Below, piece by piece: positions 38,312 through 47,404 of a DNA stretch of 64,000 nucleotides. Source of the DNA: Campylobacterales bacterium (GTDB lineage Bacteria > Campylobacterota > Campylobacteria > Campylobacterales > Hydrogenimonadaceae). The DNA is taken from assembly GCA_027065515.1 (NCBI GenBank), contig JAMOOM010000151.1, positions 8,038 through 72,037 of the forward strand, written 5' to 3'. Under the pieces are notes generated by a model, which was not told where the DNA came from, did no database searches, and was given only the letters and a program-made list of their open reading frames with translations. Made by a program: the position numbers and the translations under genes. Each line of letters begins with the position of its first letter. Position 1 is the stretch's first letter.

Positions 38312-39799
38312 ATGAAACAGATGGAAATCGAAAGAAAATTCCTCTTGCCTCCATGCTCGATGAAGCGTTTTTTGAAAAAAAACGAAATATCGTACGAAAA
38401 ATTCCCGATCGAACAGTTCTATCTTGCCGGCGATGATTCCAGTGCCGAGCGTTATCGGCGTATAGGGGAGCGATATGTGCATACCATAAAAACTGGCGTC
38501 GGGCTCGTGCGAGAAGAGTTCGAAGAGCCGGTGAGTGCGTATGTCTATGAAAGAATGAAGGCGCAAAACAGTGGCAAAATCATAAAAAAAGTACGTTTTC
38601 GCTTCGAGCTTGAGGGTTACACTTTCGAGCTCGACTCTTTCAAAGGCCGGCTAAAAGGGCTCAATGTACTCGAGGTGGAGTTCAAAGAGAGAGCTTCGGC
38701 GCTCTCTTTCAGGCTCCCCGCGCTTTTTGAAGGGGTCGTTTTGAAAGAGGTGACCCAAAATCCGGATTTTACCAATGGGTCTATTTCACGCAATATGCAA
38801 ATCCCCGCCATTTGCCGTCCGCTGCCTGAGATTTTAAAAACCGTAGATGAGCGAAAAAATTTTCTAAAAGCTTCCACGAATGTACCGATTGAGCCTTATG
38901 AAAGCATGGCTCACGCAATCAAGGCGCTCGTATATACTCTGACAAAAAGTATCGAAGCCAACTCCATAGCGATTTTGCAAGGCGATAAAGATCCAGAGCG
39001 TCTTCACCAGATGCGGGTTGCCATGCGCAAGATTCGTGCCATGTTTTCCCAGCTTAAAGAGTTTTTCGACGAAGGGTGGCTACGGATGCATAAAACGGAG
39101 CTTGCGCAACTGATGCGCGAGACGGGTCCAAAGCGTGATATCGACGTATATCTTTTGCGGATGGATCTTTACAAAGGGATGATTCCTCAAAGATATCACG
39201 AAGGAATCGAACATCTTCGCAAATATCTGGTATCTCTTGAGAAAGAGCAAAATGTCAATCTGCTGAAATTGCTGCAAGGTGAAGCCTTCAGGGCCGAGAT
39301 GGAAAGTTTGAGGAAATTTTGCTCAAGTGAAGAGAATGAAGGCCTTGTGCAAAAGGCCGTCAATCCGGTGATTGTGGAGATAAAGCCGATATTGAAACGC
39401 CGCTACAGAAAGATAATGGGCAAAGGCGGCTCACTGGATGAGAAATCACCTGCGCACGCCTATCATCTGTTGCGCATCGAAGTGAAAAAGATGAGATACG
39501 TGATGGAGTTTTTCGCCACCGCTTTCGAGCCGAAATCCTATGCCCGTCTGATGGAGCGTATCAAGACTATACAGTCGATTCTTGGAGACCATCAAGACCT
39601 GTATGTCCAGCGAGAACATCTAAAAAGCTTTCTGTCGCAGCCAGGACTAAAAGAGGACAAAGAGATAAAAGAGTCGATCGATGCACTGCGAAAAGAGATG
39701 AAACGACTCGAAATCGGCAAGCGGTATGAATTTTTAAAAGTTTTCAAAACTTTCAAAAAAGAGAAAAAAGAGCTTCAAAAAATGATATGCCGTTTTTAG
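38312..39799 (+). CDS. CYTH-domain plus CHAD-domain protein
   Basis: 495 aa with an N-terminal EIERKFLL CYTH signature and a C-terminal helical CHAD-like region (HQMRVAMRKIR, LRIEVKKMRY). Confidence 0.75.
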   Translation: MKQMEIERKFLLPPCSMKRFLKKNEISYEKFPIEQFYLAGDDSSAERYRRIGERYVHTIKTGVGLVREEFEEPVSAYVYERMKAQNSGKIIKKVRFRFELEGYTFELDSFKGRLKGLNVLEVEFKERASALSFRLPALFEGVVLKEVTQNPDFTNGSISRNMQIPAICRPLPEILKTVDERKNFLKASTNVPIEPYESMAHAIKALVYTLTKSIEANSIAILQGDKDPERLHQMRVAMRKIRAMFSQLKEFFDEGWLRMHKTELAQLMRETGPKRDIDVYLLRMDLYKGMIPQRYHEGIEHLRKYLVSLEKEQNVNLLKLLQGEAFRAEMESLRKFCSSEENEGLVQKAVNPVIVEIKPILKRRYRKIMGKGGSLDEKSPAHAYHLLRIEVKKMRYVMEFFATAFEPKSYARLMERIKTIQSILGDHQDLYVQREHLKSFLSQPGLKEDKEIKESIDALRKEMKRLEIGKRYEFLKVFKTFKKEKKELQKMICRF

Positions 39800-39817
39800 G
39801 GATATCCCGATGGGAGG

Positions 39818-42800
39818 GTGGATGTGAACGATCAGTTTCTGGGTGAATTTCTGTTGCTGCTGGCGCTTCTTTTTGGCCTGACATACTTTTTGGCTGGTTT
39901 TTTGGAGCGGCTGAGGGTGCCCGGGATTTTGGGTGCGCTTTTTGTGGCGATGGGCATCCACTATACGCCGGTTTTCCAAAAGCTTACAACCGGGATCTCG
40001 GGTGATATATTTTCGGCTCTTGCCGATCTGGGAGTGCTTTTTTTGCTCTTTTTTATCGGGCTTCAGATCGATGTGGGGCAGATGAAGCGTCAAAGTGGCG
40101 ATATCGTGCTGGCGACTGTGCTCAATACGGTAATGCCTTTTTTGATGGGAGCGGGGGTGATGCTCTGGCTGGGATACGACTGGATGCTCTCGTTCGTTAT
40201 CGGAATCACTCGCATGCCGACAGCCGAAGCGGTGATCGTACCGATACTCGATGAGTTTGGACTGATCAAAACGAAAGTGGGCAACTATATCGTAGGTGCA
40301 GGGGTGCTCGATGATGTGATCGAAGTGTTTCTGGTGGCTTTCGTTTCGATATGGATCGGAAACAAAAGCGGGATGGTTGCAACCGATACCAAAGAGATTG
40401 GCGATTTGCTGATACATCTAACCATATTCGTAGCGGCTGCATGGATAGCAAGAAGTTGGATACTGCTTCCTCTTTCGCGCTGGACACAGATCAAGGTGAG
40501 CAACCTGATCGTTTTGATGATCGTTACACTTTTCGTTTTTGGCGGATTTGCCGAATATGCCGACCTGGGGCTGGTAGTAGGGGCGATTGTGGCTGGGATG
40601 CTGATGCGTCCGGTGTTCGACAAGGCAGGAGTTGCGGGAGTGCGTGCCGTCAATGCGACGAGGGCTGTAGCGTATGGATTTTTCGGCATCATCTTTTTTC
40701 TCTGGGTGGGAATGAGTGTCGATCTTGGCGGAATGGTCGAGGCGCCAGAGCTTGCCATTTTGCTATTTCTTGCAGCTTTTTTGGGTAAATTGGTCGGTAT
40801 TTTTTTGATGGTGCCCATGAAAAAACTCACCGTCAAGGAGGCGTGGGCGATCGGTATCGGACTCAATGCAAGGTTGACGACGGAGATTATCGTCGCCAAG
40901 CTTCTGCTGGATGCCAACCTTATCGATACCCAGCTTTTTACGGCACTTGTAGCGGCTTCGTCCGTTTCGACGATTATAGTTCCTGTTGCCTTTTCGATAC
41001 TGATGGTCAGATGGCGAAGCGATCTTGTCAAAGAGGCTCAAACTCCTGAAGGTATCGAAGGGAAAAAAGGCGAAATCGCCGAAGTTGCAGTGCCATGGCA
41101 CGCCAAGCCGGTGCAGGCCGTGCTGCAGATGCTCAAAACCGATCCGAAAACGGGTCTTTCGCAAGCTGAAGCTGATCGGCGCCTTGGAATATACGGCCCC
41201 AACAGAATCGAAGCGGTGCGCAAGGAGAAGTGGTACCGGATACTGCTGAGGCAATTTACCGATGTGTTGATTTTGATACTTTTGGTGGCGGCAGGTATAT
41301 CGTTTGCGATCGGAGAGATGGGCGATGCCGCGACGATTTTGGCGATCGTGGCGCTCAATGGAATTTTGGGTTTTGTGCAGGAGTTCAAGGCCGAAAAGGC
41401 GATCGAAGCGTTGCAGAAGATGCTTTCACCCAAATGCAAAGTGCTTCGAGACGGCAAAGAGATCGAAATCGATGCACAGAAACTGGTGCCCGGAGATATC
41501 GTACTCTTGGAGATCGGAGATCGCGTGCCTGCCGATTTGCGGCTGGTGGAAGCGGTGAATCTGAAAATCGACGAATCTGCACTTACCGGAGAATCGGCTT
41601 CGGTACCCAAGCGCGTCAAAGCAGTTTTGGAAGATGCGCCTTTGGCCGAGCGTGCGGATATGGCGTGGATGGGCACCAATGTAACCAACGGCTATGCCAA
41701 AGGAGTCGTAGTCGAGACCGGCATGGCGACGGAGTTTGGAAAAATCGCCAGGCTTACCAGTGAAGTGGAGCGTACTCCTACTCCTTTGCAGAAAAAATTG
41801 GCTGTGCTTGGCAGGAAACTCGGCATTCTATCTGTTGCCATCTCCGTATTTGTCGCGATCGTGGGGTATCTTTTCGGCAAAGATCTGATGGAGATGTTTC
41901 TCACGGGCGTCTCGCTGGCCGTGGCTGTCGTACCCGAAGGATTGCCTGCAGTCGTTACGATCACGCTCGCACTCGGTGTCAAGGCGATGGTGCGCCAACA
42001 TGCATTGCTACGGCGCTTGCAGGCGGCCGAAAACCTTGGAAGCGCGAACGTCATATGTACCGACAAAACGGGCACGCTTACCCAAAACCAGATGACTGTG
42101 AAAAAGATCTGGACATTTGTGGGGGAAGTGGATGTAACCGGCAGCGGGTACGATCCGGCGGGCCATTTCGAAGCGGATGGCCAGAAGGTCAATTATAAAA
42201 AACGACCCGACCTGCTGCTGCTTTTGAAAACGGGTCTCTTTTGCAATCACGCTTCGCTGCGCAAGGAGGAAGAGGGCTGGAAAGTCTCGGGTGAGCCGAC
42301 GGAGGCTGCGCTGATCGTGGCAGCCTATAAAGCGTGGCTAAGCCCTTCGGAGCCCAAAGTGATCAGTGAATTTTCATTCAACTCCGAGCGTAAACGGATG
42401 ACGGTCATAGTCGAAGAGAAGGGGCAAAAAGTCGCCTATGTCAAAGGCGCGCCCGAAGTGTTGATCGAAAGAGCCACTCACTATTTCGACGGTAGCGACA
42501 GAAAGCCGCTGGATACAAAGATGCGCAAAGCTTTCGAAGATGCGTATGTAAAATTGGCCAAAAAAGGCCTTCGTACACTCGCACTTGCCAAGCGGGTATT
42601 GCCACCCGGGGTGAAGCTGGACGCCGAGGATGTCGAGAGGGATTTGACACTGCTGGGTGTTGTGGGCATTATCGACCCGCCGAGGCCGGAGGTGCCCGAA
42701 GCGATCGCTACGGCCCAGCGCGCAGGTATTCAGGTGGTGATGATTACGGGAGATGCACCGCTTACGGCTCTGGCTATCGCCAAAGAGGTGGGGCTGGCAG

Positions 42801-43768
42801 CTACCCGGGCGATTACGGGTGCGGAGCTGGCGGGCATGGAGGATGACGCGCTCAAAGTGGCGCTCAAAGAAGGGGTGATCTTCGCCCGTACGACGCCACA
42901 GGACAAGCTACGCATCGTAAAAGTGCTCCAGAGCGAAGGACTTGTGACAGCGATGACAGGTGACGGCGTCAACGATGCACCGGCGCTCAAACGGGCCGAT
43001 ATCGGTATCGCGATGGGTATGCGGGGCACCGACGTCGCCAAAGGGGCGGCCGATATGATTTTGCTCGACGACAATTTCGCCTCGATCGTGGGTGCGGTAA
43101 AAGAGGGACGCAGGCAGTACGACAATATCAAAAAATTCGTCACCTATCTGCTTTCATCCAACACCGGAGAAGTGATCGCGATATTCGTAAATATCCTGTT
43201 GGGCGGACCATTGATACTTCTGCCGGTGCAGATTCTTTGGATGAACCTCGTCACAGATGGATTGACGGCGGTGGCGTTGGGGCTCGAGCCGGCCGAAAAA
43301 GGGATTATGCAGAGGCCGCCGCATTCGGTCAACGCTCCGTTTTTGCAACTGCGTGGCACGGTCATGATTTTGCTGCTGGGCGGCTATATCGGTGGTGGGT
43401 CGCTATGGCTTTTTCATCACTATCTGGATATGGGGCTTCCTGGAACGCAGGCTGTCGCACTGGCGCAGACGGTCGCATTCACCGGTATTATCATACTCGA
43501 GAAGATGAACGTTTTCAACTACCGCAGCCTTCATGCGCCGATGCCGGTCATCGGCTTTTTTTCCAATCCATGGGTTATAGGGGCATGGGCGCTCACGGTA
43601 TCCGCTCAGGTGGCGGCTGTTTACGTACCGTTTTTGCAAGATGCCCTCCATACAGTTCCTCTGCGGATGGAGGATTGGCTGCTCATATTCGAAGTGGCTG
43701 TGCCAATCTTTATCGTGGTAGAATTGTATAAAGCTTTCGAGTGGTGGGTTTTGAAGCGCAGAGCGTAA
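39818..43768 (+). CDS. fusion protein: N-terminal CPA-type cation/H+ antiporter domain (about aa 1-395) plus C-terminal P-type (P2-like) cation-transporting ATPase (about aa 410-1316)
   Basis: One uninterrupted 1316-codon ORF. Antiporter motifs are LGVLFLLFFIGLQIDVGQMKR and VGAGVLDDVIEVF. ATPase motifs are the cation-ATPase N-terminus (GLSQAEADRRLGIYGPNRIE), TGES, PEGLP, DKTGTLT, KGAPE, MITGD and TGDGVNDAPALK. The start is GTG at 39818 or GTG at 39824, the latter 6 nt after GGGAGG. Confidence 0.85.
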   Translation: MDVNDQFLGEFLLLLALLFGLTYFLAGFLERLRVPGILGALFVAMGIHYTPVFQKLTTGISGDIFSALADLGVLFLLFFIGLQIDVGQMKRQSGDIVLATVLNTVMPFLMGAGVMLWLGYDWMLSFVIGITRMPTAEAVIVPILDEFGLIKTKVGNYIVGAGVLDDVIEVFLVAFVSIWIGNKSGMVATDTKEIGDLLIHLTIFVAAAWIARSWILLPLSRWTQIKVSNLIVLMIVTLFVFGGFAEYADLGLVVGAIVAGMLMRPVFDKAGVAGVRAVNATRAVAYGFFGIIFFLWVGMSVDLGGMVEAPELAILLFLAAFLGKLVGIFLMVPMKKLTVKEAWAIGIGLNARLTTEIIVAKLLLDANLIDTQLFTALVAASSVSTIIVPVAFSILMVRWRSDLVKEAQTPEGIEGKKGEIAEVAVPWHAKPVQAVLQMLKTDPKTGLSQAEADRRLGIYGPNRIEAVRKEKWYRILLRQFTDVLILILLVAAGISFAIGEMGDAATILAIVALNGILGFVQEFKAEKAIEALQKMLSPKCKVLRDGKEIEIDAQKLVPGDIVLLEIGDRVPADLRLVEAVNLKIDESALTGESASVPKRVKAVLEDAPLAERADMAWMGTNVTNGYAKGVVVETGMATEFGKIARLTSEVERTPTPLQKKLAVLGRKLGILSVAISVFVAIVGYLFGKDLMEMFLTGVSLAVAVVPEGLPAVVTITLALGVKAMVRQHALLRRLQAAENLGSANVICTDKTGTLTQNQMTVKKIWTFVGEVDVTGSGYDPAGHFEADGQKVNYKKRPDLLLLLKTGLFCNHASLRKEEEGWKVSGEPTEAALIVAAYKAWLSPSEPKVISEFSFNSERKRMTVIVEEKGQKVAYVKGAPEVLIERATHYFDGSDRKPLDTKMRKAFEDAYVKLAKKGLRTLALAKRVLPPGVKLDAEDVERDLTLLGVVGIIDPPRPEVPEAIATAQRAGIQVVMITGDAPLTALAIAKEVGLAATRAITGAELAGMEDDALKVALKEGVIFARTTPQDKLRIVKVLQSEGLVTAMTGDGVNDAPALKRADIGIAMGMRGTDVAKGAADMILLDDNFASIVGAVKEGRRQYDNIKKFVTYLLSSNTGEVIAIFVNILLGGPLILLPVQILWMNLVTDGLTAVALGLEPAEKGIMQRPPHSVNAPFLQLRGTVMILLLGGYIGGGSLWLFHHYLDMGLPGTQAVALAQTVAFTGIIILEKMNVFNYRSLHAPMPVIGFFSNPWVIGAWALTVSAQVAAVYVPFLQDALHTVPLRMEDWLLIFEVAVPIFIVVELYKAFEWWVLKRRA

Positions 43769-43779
43769 AGGAGGCTGTT

Positions 43780-45045
43780 TTGGACTACTCTATCATCAAG
43801 TCACTGATCGAAGTTCTTATGATCGGTTTCATGATCGGAATGCAGCGAACGCTCAGCTATATGCCAAAAGGCGGGCAAAGCTTCGCCGGTAGCCGCACTT
43901 TTGCATTGATTTCGCTCCTGGGGTATCTGTCGGGATGGCTCGGTGCGCAGATTCCGGGTTTCATAGTGGCTTCTACGGTAGTGGTGGGCGGACTTGTCGG
44001 AATCTCCTACTATCTCAAAGTGACGCGCTATCAAAAACGGGGAATGACGACGCAGGTTGCCGCGCTGGTTACATATTTTCTTGGACTGATGGTGTGGTTC
44101 AATCTTCAAAACTATGCGATATTCATCGCTGTGCTGATCGTGGTAATTTTGGAGATCAAGCCAAAGCTTCAGAGATTCGAATCGCATCTATCTTCCACCG
44201 ATATCAATGCCACGATTTTGCTTTTGGTGATGAGTTTTGTGGTTTTGCCGGTGCTTCCGGATAAAATGATCGGCCCCTATCATCTTTTCAACCCATACAA
44301 GACATGGCTGATGGCGGTCATCATAGCGGCTATCTCCTTCGTAGGTTACGCCGCGATCAAGCTGCTTGGCCAAAAAAGAGGCGTATTCATTACCGGTGCC
44401 GCCGGCGGTCTTATCTCATCTACGGCGGTTTCGATTTCACTCTCGAAAATGTTCAATCGGCAATTCGAATATATAAACAATTATACGGGCGGTATCGCGA
44501 TAGCCTGTACATTCATGTATCTGCGGGTACTATTCGAAGCGGCGGTAGTTCATCCTGAATTGGCCTTGCGGCTCGCTCCCGCCTATTTGGCTGCGGCATC
44601 CAGCGGCCTGCTTTTTAGCTGGTGGCTCTACAGCCACTCTAAGGCGGCCGATATCAATTTTGAAAATCCGGCTATCTCAAGAAACCCGCTGCAACTGAGC
44701 GAAGCGATCAAGTTCGGCCTGCTTTTCGGGATCATCTACGGAGCCATAGCATTCGTGCAGACCCGCTACGGCAACATAGGCGTCTATATCGTTTCGCTCT
44801 TTTCGGGAATCACCGACGTAGATGCGATCACCCTCTCGCTGAGTGAGCTGGCCAAAGATGGAAGGCTTTCGCAGATTGCATCCATGAATGGAATCGTCAT
44901 AGCCTCTGTGACGAATTCGATCGTGAAGCTGGGAATCGTCTTTTGGCTCGGGGGCTGGAGGCTTGGATGGCGCGTAGCGCAGTTTTTCATTCTGACACTC
45001 GGGTCGATGGGGGCGGGACTGTTCGTCGCCCAAAAGTGGATGTAG
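43780..45045 (+). CDS. MgtC/SapB-family membrane protein with DUF4010-like extension
   Basis: The proposed TTG start at 43780 lies 5 nt after AAGGAGG. The protein is polytopic. The ORF-track start at 43741 would overlap the ATPase gene. Confidence 0.65.
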   Translation: MDYSIIKSLIEVLMIGFMIGMQRTLSYMPKGGQSFAGSRTFALISLLGYLSGWLGAQIPGFIVASTVVVGGLVGISYYLKVTRYQKRGMTTQVAALVTYFLGLMVWFNLQNYAIFIAVLIVVILEIKPKLQRFESHLSSTDINATILLLVMSFVVLPVLPDKMIGPYHLFNPYKTWLMAVIIAAISFVGYAAIKLLGQKRGVFITGAAGGLISSTAVSISLSKMFNRQFEYINNYTGGIAIACTFMYLRVLFEAAVVHPELALRLAPAYLAAASSGLLFSWWLYSHSKAADINFENPAISRNPLQLSEAIKFGLLFGIIYGAIAFVQTRYGNIGVYIVSLFSGITDVDAITLSLSELAKDGRLSQIASMNGIVIASVTNSIVKLGIVFWLGGWRLGWRVAQFFILTLGSMGAGLFVAQKWM

Positions 45046-45534
45046 CTATCTTTCGGATCGTTGCCGATGCGCTTTTTTGACGGAGTGTATCCATAGTCTG
45101 TTCACCAGTAGATATGCCAGCGGCGATAGGATGATCGCATAGAAAAAAGTACCCGTGTAAAGAGGCAGAAAAATATTGTCGAAGTGCGACTGAAACCAAT
45201 CGACGCTCAGCTGGACATTTTCGACACTTTTGCGCCCGAGCAGCCAATTTCCCGTCAGATATTCGATGTAGTACATAAAAGGCATCGTCACGGGATTGCT
45301 CAGCCAGCACATTGCGATAGCGATCAATACATTGTAGCGAAAAACAGGAAACAGCAATACGACGGCCAGCATCTGAAAAGGCATTGGAATGAGTGCCACG
45401 AAAAGCCCCACCGCGACCGCTTTGGAGACGGCACGCCGGTTTATGGCGAGTGCTTCGGCGGGTATATGGTATTTTTTCAACAAGGCGTCGAAACGGCCGG
45501 ATGTTTTAAGAAGACGCGCTTTTTTTCTAATCAC
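45046..45534 (-). CDS. DUF2062-family membrane protein
   Basis: 162 aa with a basic N-terminus followed by the motifs [12 protein letters not shown] and [13 protein letters not shown]. Its stop codon abuts the stop of the convergent MgtC-like gene. Confidence 0.65.
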   Translation of the reverse strand: MIRKKARLLKTSGRFDALLKKYHIPAEALAINRRAVSKAVAVGLFVALIPMPFQMLAVVLLFPVFRYNVLIAIAMCWLSNPVTMPFMYYIEYLTGNWLLGRKSVENVQLSVDWFQSHFDNIFLPLYTGTFFYAIILSPLAYLLVNRLWIHSVKKAHRQRSER

Positions 45535-45626
45535 TTTTTATCCTTGGACGAAAAATCGATCATATATGCCCATAAAACGTTATAATAGCGTAACGCCAGT
45601 TAAAAGTTAAAGATAGAGGAGTTGTT

Positions 45627-45836
45627 ATGGATGCCGAGCACAAAGAGTTTCAAAAGATGAAAAAAGAGATCGAAAAAGAGATCGAGCTGCTTTTCAAGGC
45701 GAATATGAAAATATTCGATTGGGATATTCCCGAAAACGATGACCGTGAGTCGGCAAGGCTGATCATAACTGCGATGGAGGAGGCGATAGACCGATTGAAG
45801 CAGGAAGTGGAAGCCGGCAAATACGACAACTATTAA
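45627..45836 (+). CDS. small acidic helical hypothetical protein
   Basis: 69-aa ORF with an ATG preceded by a GAGGAG-type RBS, 12 nt upstream of the carbonic anhydrase gene. I recognised no family. Confidence 0.45.
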   Translation: MDAEHKEFQKMKKEIEKEIELLFKANMKIFDWDIPENDDRESARLIITAMEEAIDRLKQEVEAGKYDNY

Positions 45837-45848
45837 GGAAAGCGGATT

Positions 45849-46499
45849 ATGAATCAGGAGTATTGGAGAAAGGGTGCAGAGGCGTTCAAAGAAGTCCATT
45901 TCAAAAAGCACGAGAAAGATTTTCTGGAGCTTGTGGAGAATGGACAGAATCCAAAAGCGCTCTTTATCGGATGCAGCGATTCGCGTGTAGTCCCGACGCT
46001 GATTACCTCCACCGGCCCGGGCGATCTTTTCGTGCTTCGCAACGTGGGGAATTTCGTGCCACCCTACAAGCCCGACAACGATTTCCACGCGACAGCAGCG
46101 GCTATCGAATACGCCGCGTTCAATTTGGAAGTGGAAGAGATCATCGTCTGTGGGCATAGCGACTGCGGAGCGTGCAAGGCTCTGTATCAAGACCACAGTG
46201 CCTATGCCAGTGAGATGATCCATACGATCAAGTGGCTTGAATTGGGTATGCCGGCCAAAGAGCTGGCACTGAAAAGCGTTCCGAAAGAGAACAAAACCGA
46301 GCTTCTGGAGGCGACTGAAAAATTTTCGGTCATCTTTCAGCTTCAAAACCTTTTGACCTATCCGAATGTCCGCAAGCGACTGATGGAAGGAACGCTCTTT
46401 CTGCATGGATGGTATTACAAACTCGACACAGGAGAGATCGAATATTTCGATCCGGAGGCGCAGGAGTTTTTGTTGTTGACGGATGAGGTGAAAGAGTGA
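45849..46499 (+). CDS. beta-class carbonic anhydrase
   Basis: 216 aa with zinc-ligand motifs CSDSR and GHSDCGAC. Confidence 0.9.
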   Translation: MNQEYWRKGAEAFKEVHFKKHEKDFLELVENGQNPKALFIGCSDSRVVPTLITSTGPGDLFVLRNVGNFVPPYKPDNDFHATAAAIEYAAFNLEVEEIIVCGHSDCGACKALYQDHSAYASEMIHTIKWLELGMPAKELALKSVPKENKTELLEATEKFSVIFQLQNLLTYPNVRKRLMEGTLFLHGWYYKLDTGEIEYFDPEAQEFLLLTDEVKE

Positions 46500-47404
46500 A
46501 AATCGCTATCGTGGGTGCAGGAGGAGTAGGGGGCTATCTGGCCGCCAAGTTGGCGGATGCCGGGGCCGATGTCTATGTAGTGGCGCGCGGTAAACATCTT
46601 TTGGCTATCAGGGAGACCGGCATATGCCTGCAGATGCCCGAAGAGACGCATTGTGTCTTTCCGAAAGCGGTGGAAGACGATCCAAAAGAGTTTCACACAA
46701 CGATGGATTATCTGTTTTTCTGCGTCAAAGGGTATGCCCTTGAAGCGGCGGCCGAAATAGTCAAACCCATTGTCTCTCCATCTACCGTATTGGTGCCGCT
46801 TGGCAATGGAGTGGATAACGACAGGGTACTGCGTCGATACTATCCTGAAAATATCATTGCCAACGGTGCGATCTACATCGTCTCGCATCTTGTCGAACCT
46901 GGAGTCATCGAAGTGCAGAGCAAGAGAGCCTACATCGTATTCGGTGTCGATGGAGAGGTTCCAAAGCCACTTATGGAGCTTGCGGAGATTTTACGAAAAG
47001 CGGGACTGAAGGTAAAGGTGAGTGACGATATTACCACCGATGTATGGAAGAAGTTTCTGCTTATCAGCGCTATGGGGACGCTCACTAGCTGCTACGATGC
47101 TCCGATGGGCGCGATTTTGTCCGAACACAGAAAAGAGCTGGAGGAGATTTTGCACGAAATTCTCGCTGTTGGCAAAGCGGAAGGCGCAAAGCTCGACGAA
47201 AAAGATATCGACAGAGTGATCGATCAGATTTCACGCGTTCCATATGAGGCCCCCACGTCGATGTGGCTCGATTTTAAAGCAGGAAAGAAGACGGAGCTGG
47301 AGCAGTTGAGCGGGTATGTGGTGCGCAAAGCGAAAGAGCATGGCATAGATGTTCCCGTTGTTACCAAATGTTATGAACGTTTGAAAAAGAGGATATCGGC
47401 GTGA
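46496..47404 (+). CDS. panE: 2-dehydropantoate 2-reductase (ketopantoate reductase, PanE/ApbA family)
   Basis: 302 aa with the N-terminal Rossmann motif MKIAIVGAGGVGGYLAAKLA and the C-terminal ApbA domain with the SMWLD motif. Confidence 0.8.
   Translation: MKIAIVGAGGVGGYLAAKLADAGADVYVVARGKHLLAIRETGICLQMPEETHCVFPKAVEDDPKEFHTTMDYLFFCVKGYALEAAAEIVKPIVSPSTVLVPLGNGVDNDRVLRRYYPENIIANGAIYIVSHLVEPGVIEVQSKRAYIVFGVDGEVPKPLMELAEILRKAGLKVKVSDDITTDVWKKFLLISAMGTLTSCYDAPMGAILSEHRKELEEILHEILAVGKAEGAKLDEKDIDRVIDQISRVPYEAPTSMWLDFKAGKKTELEQLSGYVVRKAKEHGIDVPVVTKCYERLKKRISA

Noticed and set aside
45043-45048. Convergent MgtC-like and DUF2062 genes whose stop codons abut with zero spacer (TAG followed by CTA).
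   Set aside because: This is a curiosity of tight packing. No hairpin or shared element is present, so it has no evident functional meaning.
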